From positions 4,898,001-4,962,000 of the forward strand of contig JBHGNT010000001.1 in assembly GCA_043228905.1 (NCBI GenBank): a DNA stretch of 64,000 bases. The letters are read 5' to 3'. Made by a program: the position numbers and the translations under genes. Below the pieces are notes generated by a model that was given only the letters and a program-made list of their open reading frames with translations, searched no databases and was not told the DNA's origin. This document shows positions 38,890-51,481 of this stretch, one piece after another. This stretch comes from Azolla caroliniana (lineage: Eukaryota > Plantae > Polypodiophyta). Each line of letters begins with the position of its first letter. Positions within the stretch are counted from its first letter, which is position 1.

Positions 38890-39200
38890 AAACCCATGGC
38901 TTTGGTATCGAATTCACTCACTCATTAGATCCCTTTTATTAATATGGTGATTGATAACGTGGGACAAAAGTACCGCGTCCTTGGTTATGTGCATGTTCAA
39001 TCTACAACAAGAGTATGGAACCCCTTTTTGAACATTGGCCTCTTTTTCAGGTTGGACTACATTGTCCGGCATAAACAATCAAGGTGAAGCATCAACGAAG
39101 TATGTTAGGCTTGGGCTTGGCTTACACAACCCATGTTACAACTCACAAACATCTTTGATGATCCTCGATCATCACCCATTCCTCTTAAAAATGGAATCTT
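38890..39200 (+). mobile_element. Possible decayed LINE (L1-type) endonuclease fragment
   Basis: Short motifs FTH, RLDYI and DHHPFLL appear in the order of the APE C-terminal motifs (FT...SRLDY...SDHxP). The frames are broken. Confidence 0.35.
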
Positions 39201-40198
39201 GTGCATCAATGCATATTACTTTTTCACACCAACTGGATCATCCTGTTCATAGATGATGGTTGTTGACATCAGTGTGTCGTCGATGCTTCGAGGGCAATGC
39301 CACCGCAAGTGGACTTCTACGTGTTATAAGTTTACAGAAATTGTAACCCATTCATAGATTGGGATCCCCCATTGTTGACATATATCTGACACTCTCGTGT
39401 ACATGGCTGTGCCCCTGTCGGATTTCTCTTGTCCAGGGTGAATTTCTCTTATAGTCCTTTCTAGTCATCAATTCTACACACAATGAACTTAGGATCAAGA
39501 CATCATGTAATCTGGAAATGATGAGGGATCTTTTAACCTTGTCAAAAAAGGTGACCCCAAAAGAAACTGGAAAGTTCTATAGCACATCTGTCCTATGTTC
39601 AGAGATCCACTCAGTTAGAAAAAGGGAATATTAAACAAACATGATGTAAAGTTCATATTGCACCTTTTGCCATGAAACAGTAGTTCAACGAAAACCAAGC
39701 CAAAGAATCCTCACGGATCTGTCGAAAACTGACATATTGCTTCACGAAAGATGGGATAAAAATGGAAGCTGGATCCCTGGGGGCGTTTTTCAGCTTACAG
39801 ATCGCATTGCTTGGTGTACGTGTGCATGCGCATGGTTCCAAAAACGGGAGTTTCCATTCTCTAGTTAGGAAAAACAACAGCAAAAGAAAAACATCAATAA
39901 AGAAATCGACGAGGAAACGGCAGAGAGAGGAAGAAAAGAGACCTACGATCAGAGAAACGGCGTCCATTGAAAGGAGAAGCAGCAAAGGGGAACGTAGGAT
40001 CCTCCTCTTATTCTTTCTTCTTCCCTAATCTTCTTAGTAGGGCTTGTTATCGCACGCACGCACAGAGAGAGAGAGAGAGAGAGTGATCTAAAAATAAAGC
40101 TCTGTTGCGGAGAAGAGAACAGGGCATTTATCACGTGATTTCTTTTTAACTCTCTTTTCCCTAAATAAATAAATAAGTTCATATATACATTATACATA

Positions 40199-40231
40199 TG
40201 TGTGTGTGTCTATGTCTGTGTGTGTGTGTGT

Positions 40232-40278
<47 letters not shown>
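40199..40278. repeat. Compound (TG)n(AG)n microsatellite
   Basis: Directly visible. Confidence 0.95.
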
Positions 40279-40280
<2 letters not shown>

Positions 40281-40282
<2 letters not shown>

Positions 40283-40345
40283 ATCTCATTTGGTAAGGCT
40301 GCCCAATGGAGACCAAGTGGTCATGGGTTCAACCCCTACATTCCA
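40281..40345 (+). mobile_element. tRNA-derived SINE-like head (Pol III A and B boxes)
   Basis: A-box-like TATCTCATTTGG (40282-40293) and B-box GGTTCAACCCC (40326-40336) at tRNA-like spacing. No complete cloverleaf is visible. Confidence 0.45.
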
Positions 40346-41995
40346 AAGTGGCATCTAGTGAAATAGGAGATATCTATGGAGTAATAGAGAGGTGAGAAGG
40401 GTTCCGAACGCTAACATGTAATGCTAGTAGTGTAAAAAAAAAAAGAGATTTGTAGTCTACTTTGGGAGCTCAGAGCGCCAGGAAGTCCCCACCTTACCCT
40501 AATTACAAAATACCCACCTAGCCAAGCCTCCCCAGATAGGGGCTTTTGGCTTTTTCTACCAATGGGCCCCATCCCTCTCGGTGCCACCCTCCATGGACGG
40601 AGACATCCCATATCCTTGTGTTATTTATGGAATACGTTATCACCCCCCACTCCCCCTTCCAATATAGTTCCCCTTAACTTTCAGATATCAAAGTGCTAGT
40701 GCCATGTCAAGAAAATGTTGATGCTCACTTTTCATCAAACATATAGAGAATTACAATTTGATAGATATCGATACTTTTTTTTGTGTGTCTTCAATGCCTT
40801 CTTGCATTATGAGGAATGACGTGTTTGCAAACAAAAAATGCACATGGCAACCTTCATTAATGAGAAGTAGGAATCAACTTATTTAGTTGGTATCCCCTCT
40901 TGATGGATGTTCCTCGTATCTCAAGAAGTTGCCTCATGCACCTCGTGCGTAGAGAAAGAGAAGTGACAAATTGTCATGTATCTATCTAGAGGGCCTAGGC
41001 CCTAGTCTCCAAATAGCTTTTTTATCAAGATTGGATGGTACCTAAGATTTAGAACTAAATGAATTCTAGAGGTTTTTTTTTAAAGAATGGCTCACTTCAT
41101 ATCTAGTAAATAAATAAATAATAGTGATTCGTCACATGATCATAGGTTCTTCTCGTGCTATTATGGAATCACAATGAAACAATACATGAGGGAGAAGCAA
41201 AAAACTGTTGTCTTTTATCGGCCCAACTAATTTTTGTTGTCAATTTACAAGTTGGTTCACCTAATGGCTCATGTGCATAAAGACACGAAGGAGGAAATGA
41301 TAAGAAAGGAATGGAACACTATCTATAGAGCTTTTATTATGTGGTTTTCCGGCCCTACCGTTGATAAGTTCCACTTTGGTGTGTGTTATTTGTCATGCTT
41401 GTTCCATGGACGAGTTTAGGGAACTCTTCGACTTTCACATGAGTGATTTTAGGTTTGAAAAGCATGCATATTCAAATAAACACACTCAAGTATGGAGCAT
41501 GGGATGTTGTAATCGAGAAACTCGACCTTCAATGCTTTATCATGTAGTTGCCATTATCATGAACGATGCAATCATTATTGTTTTGTTGATAATAGAAAAT
41601 GATTGATATTGTTGGGTTACCATGCATGTGTGTATGTATAAATTTATAGGTATATATGTCATGGTATTGTGTATGGAAAGCCAACTAGATGAACAATTCG
41701 AATTTATGTAAGTATGCATCACTCCACGTAGGTCCTGAGAGCAATTCACGGACTAGTGATTTACATGGTCACTAATTGGATTTATATAGTGTGCAAATTT
41801 ATTAGTTTATAATCAATGAAGCATGGACTTTCCGTGTGGACTATACATTCTCAACCATACTTCCTTGTGTTCTAGACTCGATGTCAATCTGACTATTTGA
41901 ACCATGGATCTTCACTTGATTGGGCAAACCATGAAAACATGAATAATGCATTGTCATTTAGGGCATGCAACATGTTTATAACACAAGGGTAATAT

Positions 41996-43115
41996 TGTGA
42001 AATGCGCATAAGAGATCAAAACCAATCTAGTTAGCTTCTTACTTCTTACTCAATTTATAGTTTATACAAAGGTACCCGTTTGGGTTGGCTTAGCTTAAAA
42101 GGGTATGCTAAAAGGGTGGGTCGGCTTAGGTACATGCATCCTAAAAAGGGTGTGCTAAAAGAGTGGCACAAAGGCATACATGCACACCACATTTCCCCCC
42201 TGAGAGAAACAAGGAGGTTTACAACACAGGGAAAGGATGGGGGTCAGAAGATGGGCCTAGGGTGGCATGTTGGCAGGTTCGGAATGGACGTCAATGGACG
42301 ATTCTGGTGGGAGGTGAGGATTACACCCATAGAGTGCTCTAAAAGGGTTGATTCGTGCGGCAACCTCCTGCTTGAGGGTCTTGTTGAGACATTCGGTGAA
42401 GATGGCGTGGGGATGTAAACATCTACGGACACGTAGTTGAGTTGCAACGACATTGAGGACATCCCCCGTGGATTTATTGGCCTTGATAGTTGGACGGGGC
42501 TAGTGATGGAAAACGAGCTATCAATCGGCGAATACAGATCAATCACTCTTGTGGAATGAGGGCCACCTGGACTTAGCTGAGGTGGGGGACAGGAGGGTTG
42601 TCGTGTCGGAGGAGGATCGAGGAAAGATCATATGGCGGCGAAGATCAATCGCTCCTGTGGACTGAGGGCCACCTGGACTTGGTTGAGGTGGGGGATAAGA
42701 GGGCTATCATGTCGGAGGGGGATCGAGGAAAGATCATATGGCGGCGAAGATCAATCGCTCCTGGACTTGGTTGAGGTGGGGGACAGGAGGGCTATCGTGT
42801 CAGAGGGGGATCGGGGATTGTGTAGGAAGGGGATCGGAGAAACTCATGGGACAAGAAGTCGAGGGGGAAGAGGCAGATGCTTGGACGTGGGGGATTGGTA
42901 CCCCACTTCTCCACCAATATGTGAAATGCACATAAGAGATCAAAACCAATCTAGTTAGCTTCTTACTTCTTACTCAATTTATAGTTTATACAAAGGTACC
43001 CATTTGGGTTGGCTTAGCTTAAAAGGATATGCTAAAAGGGTGGGTCGGCTTAGGTACATGCATCCTAAAAAGGGCGTGCTAAAAGAGTGGCACAAGGGCA
43101 TTCATGCACACCACA
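41996..43115 (-). mobile_element. TRIM-like non-autonomous LTR retroelement, 1120 bp
   Basis: Two 196-bp TG...CA LTRs (41996-42191, 42920-43115) with about 6 mismatches. Flanking ATAT duplication. Minus-strand PBS TGGTGGAGAA (42916-42907) and PPT-like CAGGGGGGAAA abutting the other LTR. The interior has integrase remnants and ~100-bp repeats. Confidence 0.9.
42536..42814. repeat. Internal tandem repeat of the TRIM, about 3 copies of an 80-105-bp unit
   Basis: agatcaatc.ctc.tg...ctggactt.g.tgaggtgggg.a.agga.gg.t.tc.tgtc.gagg.ggatcg is repeated. Confidence 0.85.
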
Positions 43116-46100
43116 ATATATTAGACAATGGAATTAATAGATATAAATGTGACTCATGGACAATAGAAATAAGTCAAAAGTTCAATGTATTTGGGATAGG
43201 AGGTGATGTATATCTATAGTTCAACCTAGAAGAGCATAGGCATGGTAAAAGGTAAGGACGGAAATAATGGGGTAGATGATTGGAAAGTCCATCCTCTCAG
43301 TGCCCATACATGATATGGGGTATTGACATAACCGTCCATAAATATATAGTGTTAACATCTATCTCAAAAATCTCCATGGACGTTAGTCACGAGTATGTTG
43401 ATGGCTATAATTGTGCCAATGCCGTCTCATCAAAAGAAAGGTGAGTGCTCTACACAGGCACTTCATAAAATGCAAATGGATGGAAGTGTGGAGGAAACAA
43501 GCAAGACACTTACCCCAATTTGATGCGGTGAAAAGAGCACGTTAAGGGGATCAATGTCAAAGCAATGGATTTGGATTTCAATTGGTAAAGGCCATGATCC
43601 AATGGTGAATATGAATTCTTTTATGGAGATAAACTTGTGTAAATGCCTTTTACAATCCCCCCCGCTTGACCTTGTTTCCAAATTTCTAAATTTTTAGAGA
43701 AAGATGACAAATGAGAGTGGGTTGTGAGCCAATCTATGGGTTTCAAACTACCTGGTTTTTGCTCCAAAAATTAAACTTAAAAAGGAATCTGAGAAGAATG
43801 CCATTGCCCAATATTTTATTGAATCGTGATTACCAAGACCCATTACAGTATCTATTCCTAACCTTAATTACCAACACCTAACCAAAAGACCAATACTAAT
43901 TATCAAAGTTATCTATAATTAATATATTATAGTTCAAGAACTTTTAATATAACATTATTATTTCATCGACAAGAACAAATATAAAGAGAAAGTCATAATG
44001 ATGTAGATCGTGTAATTGTTGCTCGTTATGGTGTTTTATATTGACATAGTCTATGGGTATTATTGAAGGGTGGGTGTACATATATTGCCACACTCTAAGA
44101 CATCACAAATGTTGTGCCTTCATCATGCATTAATTCGTATATAAATTCACTCCTTGAAACAAACAAAAACATCATAGATTGATACATTAATGTACCATTA
44201 TAAATCATTGCCGAGGAATAAATAATCAAGCTAATTGTGTATCTATAGAACGTAATAATAGCCATAGGCATTTTTTTGGAAAATAATAATAATAATAATA
44301 GCCATCGACCATATGAGCATAAATATACTTAAGTTATTTTTCTGCGATTAGATTGTTATGTGTTGGTGATGGAATTTTGATTGATTATCTTGGCACATAA
44401 ATCATTGAACTCCAATCTAGTGTCCATTGTACTTAATATCCTAATCATGATTCCATAATATAATAGAAAACAAAATTGTTGCCTACTTTATATTTTTAAA
44501 AGCCTTTAACAATGTAGTTCTTACACATTAATAAATTCCTTCCATAATTTATTATATATTCCACTAAACATATATATGGGGTTTATTTATTGTTGGGATA
44601 TCATAAACGAGCTTAATTTCCCATTGCCAAACGACTAAATGCAAATCCTTCATTAAATCATCCTAATACATATGTTAGGCCAAGGTATCAACATGACAAT
44701 ACCTACACGGATGAAAATGGATCTAGTTGGCAATAACCTAAACGACATGACAATGGAATGAGTAAGTTTCTTGATGTTGCTTTCAAAATGTTAAACATGT
44801 TTTGAGCCTAAAGTATGGTGGATGTGCCCTAACCAATTAAGTTTAAGTCTTTCAATATTGAACTTGCAAAGTTGCTATGGTTTGAGCAATGTTTCCGTTA
44901 CAACTTCTCTACATGAATTTTATATTGTATGAATATAAATTTCTACATGGAGCTTGTTGATTATTATTAGCTTATGATTTCCAACATTGTATTTTTACAA
45001 GTTTCCTTTCAAGTAAGCTTTTCCTTAAGGATGTCCTCCCTAAATCAAGAGAGAAGAAAGAAAAAATATTTTCAAAGGTCAACCTTTGACTACTAGTCAA
45101 TTCACCATTGTGTAAAAAATTGTACTTGTTTATAGACGGCTTTTGATAAGGTGGAGTGGTTTTACTCAACACCAAAAGTATTTATTTAAGCCGATGGTTA
45201 GAATTTAGAAGAATAGAGGGGATTTGTGGATATCTTGTATGTTTAGCCTTATGGCGTTTTCTAATACTAATGTAGTATCTCTTTATTTGAAAAAATAAAA
45301 ATAAAATAGTACCTAATTTTGTAGGCAAGTGAGGTGTCTACCTTTGGTCATGCTTGTTGCATGTCATGTTGTAAGGACTCAAATTCTCCTAGAAATGTAC
45401 TATGTCATTTCCCCATGGCCCCACGAATACAACACATGTTTTTATTCTTTAGAGTGAGGAAAAAGAATGAAGGTGTGCCGTTAATCCAGGGAGGAAGTTA
45501 TAAGAATTCCTATTAAGCGTTTCACATTCCACAATTTAAGAATATGTGAAGAAACATAAAACTCAATGCAAGGTTATACAAGACTAATATGTTTTTAATG
45601 TAATCAATCAAAACAATCAACTTTGGTTAAGCGTCACAATAAGTGATAGCCTACCACCATATCTAGAGACTATGAATAAGAAAGGGACACTTCAAGTCGT
45701 CTTTATTAGTCATTCGAAAAAGATAAGTTAAGGGATTAAAATGTGTACATTTAACACTTCTAGTTTATAGCCTTAAAATCTCATGGAGTGGTACAAATGT
45801 CATCAATGAATCCAAACGAGATAATAAACATGATTTAAAAGCCCATGTGAGTTGGGCATAGATTATTCATGACTACCTCGCGTATGGATATTGTTCAGGT
45901 TTAGGAAAGAAAGACGAAAAATCTTTCCCACCTATGTGGTGTTGGTAAAGATCAACCTATTGTAAATCCGTAAACTTGTAACCTATTGTAAATCACTAAA
46001 CATGAATATGTTTATTGTACAAAGATGAATTTTCCCGTTAGATATATGTATGGAGTAGATTCCAAACACATCATTTTGATGACCAATCAAGCAAGGCAGA

Positions 46101-46658
46101 GTGTCAACTAAACAAACACCACAGAATTTATATGATGGTAGTTCGACAAGGGATTTTGGTAATATACAAAATTTAGGATTACAAGATATTACTTTCATTT
46201 TTGAAATCCAATGCCTATATGTATTTGAAAATGTTAGTTGCCGATTACTTTACTTGAGTTCAGAATTCGAGTTTTTCACGTTGGCAACATAGAAACATAT
46301 TGAATTTGTGCAAATATGGGCCAAGTGTTTTAATCGCACCAATTCTAGGCACATGAAACTTAGCTCTAACAATTGAATTAGATGGAAGGGTGCCGATTCT
46401 AGTTATTATTTGTGGCAGTAGTAGTGAGCTTAGGCCATCCACATGTGGCGAAAGTGACATGGTCTCTTCTCTTCAACTGTAAATATCGGCAGTAATGCAT
46501 TGAATTTCATTGTATTGTATGGTCGGTGTATATGTATATGTACATATTGGATCCGATCCCTACTTGCTTTTTTTGTGTGTGTGCATTAATGCAGCAAGTG
46601 GAGTGGGGTTGGTTCTAAATTCTAATACTAGGGCATCAGAGAATGAGAAGACAGAGCA

Positions 46659-49508
46659 ATGCCACACGATAGAGACGGGCAAGAGTTTGCGTTGGTGAAT
46701 TTGCTCAAGGCCTGTGCCAAGACAAAGGACTTGCACCGAGCCACTGCTTTACATGCTCACATCCTCCTCCTCCACCCAAGCCTACTTGAACAGAGTCCTT
46801 ACATAGCCACCTCCTTGATTCATGCTTATGCCAAATGTGGGGATCTCTCAAAAGCTCAGAAAGTGCTGGAAGAGCTTCCTGTTAGAGGTGTGGTCCCTTG
46901 GTCTGCTCTCATTTCAGGGTATACCCAACATGGCCAATTCCACCAAGCACTTGCTTGCTTTGAAAGGATGCAAAAGGAAGGCCTCTGTGGAGATGCTGTC
47001 ACCTTCACTTCCATTATCAAGGCCTATGGTAGCATCGGTGATATCCAGAACGGGGAAAAGCTTCATGGTGAGATTGCTAGTAGGGGCTTGTTGGAGAAAA
47101 ACATCGTGCTTGGCAATGCTTTAGTGTATATGTATGCCAAGTGTGGAATGCTTGTGAAAGCAAAGCAAGTGCTCATAGAGCTTCCAGCCCGGAACATAGT
47201 CACTTGGTCTTCACTCATTGCTGGATATGCTCAGCAAGGGCAAGGCCATGAAGCACTAGAATGTTTTACAAGGATGCAAAGGGAGGGCATCTCCCCAAAT
47301 GAGGTCACCTTGGTTTGCATTCTTAAGGCCTGTGGATGCATCAGAGCTTTTGATAAGGGTACACAAATCCATGATGAGATTGCCGCGAGGGGCTTCTTGA
47401 AGACAAATGTTGTGCTCGGAAATGCTTTGGTTGATATGTATGCCAAATGTGGGGTTCTTCAAAATGCTCAACAAGTGTTCGATGACCTTAGTATCCGAGA
47501 TGTTGTCTCTTGGAATGCATTGATTGCCGGGTATGTTGAAGAGGGCCAAGGTCATCAAGCATTAAACTGTTTTGTATGCATGCAAAGGGAGAGCTTTTCC
47601 CCCAATGAGGTCACATTGGCCTGCATATTGAAGGCTTGCGGGAGTGTAGGAGCTCTTGGAGCGGGAAAACAAATCCACAATGAGATTGTCAATAATGGCA
47701 TGATTAACAGAAGTATTGTGCTTGGCAATGCCTTGGTGGATATGTATGCGAAATGTGGTATGGTTGTGCAAGCTCATCGAGTGTTGAGAGAGATTCATGT
47801 GCGAGACGTAGTCTCATGGTCGACATTAATCGCAGGGTATGCTGAACAGGGTCAAGGACATGAAGCTCTTGACTGCTTGATGCAAATGCAAAGGGAGGAG
47901 GCCTTTAGTCCAAATGAGTCCACCTTCATGAGCGCCTTAAAAGCTTGTGGAAGCATTGGAAATATTGAGAAGGGTAGGCAAATTCATGATGAGATCGTAA
48001 ATAGGGGCTTATTGGTGGAACATGTCATGCTTGGCAATGCTTTGGTGGATATGTATGCCAAATGCGGTAGGCTTAAGAAAGCTCACCTAGTGTTCGAAGA
48101 ACTTCACATTCGGGATGTAGTTTCGTGGACTTCACTAATTGCAGGGTATGTCCAACAAGGGCAAGGGTATGAAGCACTGGATTGTTTTGCATTAATGCAA
48201 AGAGAGGGAGTCTCTCCAAATGAGATCACCTTCATTTTCATATTGGAGGCATGTGGAAGCATAGGAGCGGTCAGTGAGGGCAAACAAATAAACGACACAA
48301 TTGTTAGCATGGGACTGCTAGAGAAAAGCAATATGCTTGGCACTGCTTTAGTGGATATGTATGCCAGATGTGGTATGCTTGCTAAAGCAAAGGAAGTCCT
48401 TGAAACACTTTCCATTAAAGACATAACTGCGTGGAATGCAATCATTTCAGGGTATGTGCAACTTGAAGAGGGTTACACCGCACTCTTTTGTCTTGAACAG
48501 ATGAGAAAAGAGGGAATCTCTCCGAATGAGGTCACATTAGTGTACATTTTGAAGGCTTGCAGTAGCATAGGAGCTATTGAAAGAGGCAAAGAAATCCATA
48601 ATGAGATTTTGAGAAGGAGGCTATTGGAGGAAAACATTGTTCTTGGTACTGCTCTGATTGATATGTATGCAAAATGTGGCATGCTTGCAAAAGCGCTCAA
48701 GGTGCTTGAAGAGGTTCATGTTAAAGATACTATTTCTTGGAATGCACTCATTGCAGGTTATGCCCAACATAGGCAAGGCCTTGAAGCACTTGAGTGTTTT
48801 GAAAGAATGCAAAGAGAAGGACTATCTCCAGATGAGGTCACCTTTGCTTGCATCTTGAGGGCTTGTGGCAGTATAGGTGCGCTTGACAAGGGCAAACAAA
48901 TTCATGAGGAGATTGACAATCGGGGTTTTCTGGAGAAAAATGTCATGCTTGGCACTGCATTAGTGGATATGTATGTTAAATGTGGTATGTTTGTGAAAGC
49001 GCAACAAGTACTTAAGAACCTTCCTGTTCGAGATGCCATTTCTTGGAATACGATAATCACAGGGTATGCTCAAGTGGGAAATTGCTCTGAAGTATTGGGT
49101 TGTTTCGAAGAGATGGAAAAGGAGGGTTTGCTCCCTGATGAAGTAACCTTCTTAGGTGTGCTCAATGCATGTAGTCATTCAGGAAAAATGGATGAGGCTC
49201 AATTGTATTATGAGAATATGAGTAAAAAATACGGCATCACACCCAATCTAGAGCACCACGCATGCATGGTGATGGTTTTCGGATGTGGAGGTCACTTTGA
49301 TAAAGCATTATCGGTGATTGAGATGATGCGATCTTGTGATCATCCTACAGTTTGGCTTGCATTATTAGGTGCTTGCAAAAAATGGGGTAATGTGAAACTA
49401 GGAAGATTGGCTTGCCATCAAACTATTCAGTATGATTTCGATCTTTCAGCGTCTTACGTGCTTATGTCTAATATCCATGCAGCTGCTGGCATACCACATG
49501 TCACATGA
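46659..49508 (+). CDS. PLS-class PPR protein (~26 motifs + E1 + truncated E2; no DYW), 949 aa
   Basis: Intronless ORF of P-L-S triplets (VVSWNALIAGY / NEVTxxCILKAC / LGNALVDMYAKCG). It ends with the P2-L2-S2 signature LNACSHSG...EHHACM, then WLALLGACKKWG and YVLMSNIHAAAG. Confidence 0.95.
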   Translation: MPHDRDGQEFALVNLLKACAKTKDLHRATALHAHILLLHPSLLEQSPYIATSLIHAYAKCGDLSKAQKVLEELPVRGVVPWSALISGYTQHGQFHQALACFERMQKEGLCGDAVTFTSIIKAYGSIGDIQNGEKLHGEIASRGLLEKNIVLGNALVYMYAKCGMLVKAKQVLIELPARNIVTWSSLIAGYAQQGQGHEALECFTRMQREGISPNEVTLVCILKACGCIRAFDKGTQIHDEIAARGFLKTNVVLGNALVDMYAKCGVLQNAQQVFDDLSIRDVVSWNALIAGYVEEGQGHQALNCFVCMQRESFSPNEVTLACILKACGSVGALGAGKQIHNEIVNNGMINRSIVLGNALVDMYAKCGMVVQAHRVLREIHVRDVVSWSTLIAGYAEQGQGHEALDCLMQMQREEAFSPNESTFMSALKACGSIGNIEKGRQIHDEIVNRGLLVEHVMLGNALVDMYAKCGRLKKAHLVFEELHIRDVVSWTSLIAGYVQQGQGYEALDCFALMQREGVSPNEITFIFILEACGSIGAVSEGKQINDTIVSMGLLEKSNMLGTALVDMYARCGMLAKAKEVLETLSIKDITAWNAIISGYVQLEEGYTALFCLEQMRKEGISPNEVTLVYILKACSSIGAIERGKEIHNEILRRRLLEENIVLGTALIDMYAKCGMLAKALKVLEEVHVKDTISWNALIAGYAQHRQGLEALECFERMQREGLSPDEVTFACILRACGSIGALDKGKQIHEEIDNRGFLEKNVMLGTALVDMYVKCGMFVKAQQVLKNLPVRDAISWNTIITGYAQVGNCSEVLGCFEEMEKEGLLPDEVTFLGVLNACSHSGKMDEAQLYYENMSKKYGITPNLEHHACMVMVFGCGGHFDKALSVIEMMRSCDHPTVWLALLGACKKWGNVKLGRLACHQTIQYDFDLSASYVLMSNIHAAAGIPHVT

Positions 49509-51481
49509 TGCAGAAAAGCTGGAAAAGCCACGATGTTGAGGGTAAAAAATATGACCCCAAAAAGCCCAGGTTGAGGATGTTGGATGATGGATGCACATTG
49601 TTTTCATCCATATACAAAGAGGAATGCATTTGTTCTGAAAGATGACGGATATTTCGAAGTGTGTTTTGGATGATACTTCACATATTATATGCAGTCTATA
49701 CTTCTGTCATGGGTGGTTGGGGCTATAACTATGCACTTCTTCCTTGAAAATTATTTGAAGGGCTTGAGCAAGACCAAGATCAAGACTGGGCCATGTCATC
49801 TTGATCTAGTACTTGAAAAGTAGCATCAACCAAGGAAGTATAAGATGAGAATTAAATGACTTTAAGAATACAATGCACAAATGTTGGAATTATGTGTACA
49901 TACATGTAGCCTAATTGTTCTCATCCAAAAAGGCACCAGGAATACTCTGGAATGTAACCTAGAGTAGAGGATTACCAATCACAAACAATAAATTTTTACC
50001 ATTCTCCATCGACAATCAAAGAGTAAACTGACAATCAAATGGCACATATGTGTTTTGATATGTGCATTGCATTGCTTCTGATGCTGGGCGTTAACTCAAG
50101 GAAACTACGAAACTCTAGTATGAACTATTGTCAATCAGAAGTGAGAGAGAAAAAGAAGGGCAAGAGAGAATACACAATAATGACATGCAATGGCAGCACC
50201 TTATTAAGTAACAAAGAATATATAGTTGATGGGCTGCCATGGCTCACTTTGAAGCTAGTGTTTTATCTGAACGTTCTCCCATGTAAAGGCCAATCTGCAA
50301 AACAGTACGGCAAAAAGGTCAAGAAAAAAGAGCTAAGGTAAAAATGTACGAAATCCTATGTTGGAGTCCACCAAGATATACAAAAATATTATCCTATGCT
50401 CATTAAAGGCCTTAGATGTAAACAAATAGCTTATTGCCAATCTTGTATCACCCATATTTTGTGCATATTTTAATGACTCCTACTGCAAATGCAATGTTTG
50501 GCTATGTCAACCTTCTCAACGGAGTTGGGATAATCAATCTTGTCTAGTTCAAACTATGGTGGGAATGGACAATGTATTTACCAATATCCCCTCTTAGCAT
50601 ATGGAAATGGTCTAACAACTTTTAATAAACTTACTTTAGATAATCAATAAGAGGCCCTTCCTCCACAAGTAGTCTTCAAGTGAAGAATTTTCTTGGCTTC
50701 ATGATGGAAGTCTCATAGAGCTTCACCCTCAAAGCATCAATTCAATCCTTGTTTTTGCTAGTGATGAGCATATCATCCATCTATAAAATGAGAATCAACA
50801 AGCTGCCATTCTAGTTGTCTAACACTTGCTTATTCTTCTGGATCATGGATTCATCATAGCAAGACAACAATCAACATTAAATTAAAATAGATAGTTCTAT
50901 CTTGGGGCATACTGCCAAGACACTCTCGCCCATGCGTTATAGAATCCCATGTATCTAAACGTTATTGGCTCTTTTGGAGCTTCACTACGCTTTTAATGCT
51001 AAAAATACTTGTATTTTTAAATCATTTAAGACACGAGACTAGTTTATGACCAAGGGAAAAAATTATATTTATAAAAGGAGAATTGCCCTTAACAAGCAAT
51101 TATTTTTCTTCTCAAGCATATTTGGAGGTAAAGTTGAGATTCAATATGAGTGTTCCTGTCCATCAAGCGTCGGAGCAACTCGAATTGAGTGGTCAAGATT
51201 TGCTGACGACCCATTCCAATTTCCCATATTCTCAACCTTATAGAGCGCCCTATATAGAACAAAAGTAAAGAAAAAGCTCGTGATGCCCCCCAAGTTTCTC
51301 ACAATGCCATCAGGGAACATCCAAACTTCAAAGTATTTCTTTCGAGAGACATCGCATACCGTGCTTTTTTCTTGTACACAGAAGCATAAAATTGCAAAGG
51401 CTTTAAACCGGGAGTGACTGCTTATGGTTGTACAGACCCAATTCAGCCTCGGCCTCTTCTTTACAGAGAGATGGGCTCCCC

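Noticed and set aside
40281-40345. Possible tRNA gene
   Set aside because: A and B boxes are present but no acceptor or anticodon stems form, so it is reported only as SINE-like.
42080-43219. Duplicated ORFs MGWLSLKGYAKRVG... and MAAKINRS...
   Set aside because: They arise from the two TRIM LTRs and its internal repeats, not from genes.
43460-43700. FSPHQIGV resembling a non-LTR RT motif (PHQFGV)
   Set aside because: An isolated motif with no flanking RT motifs in a consistent frame.
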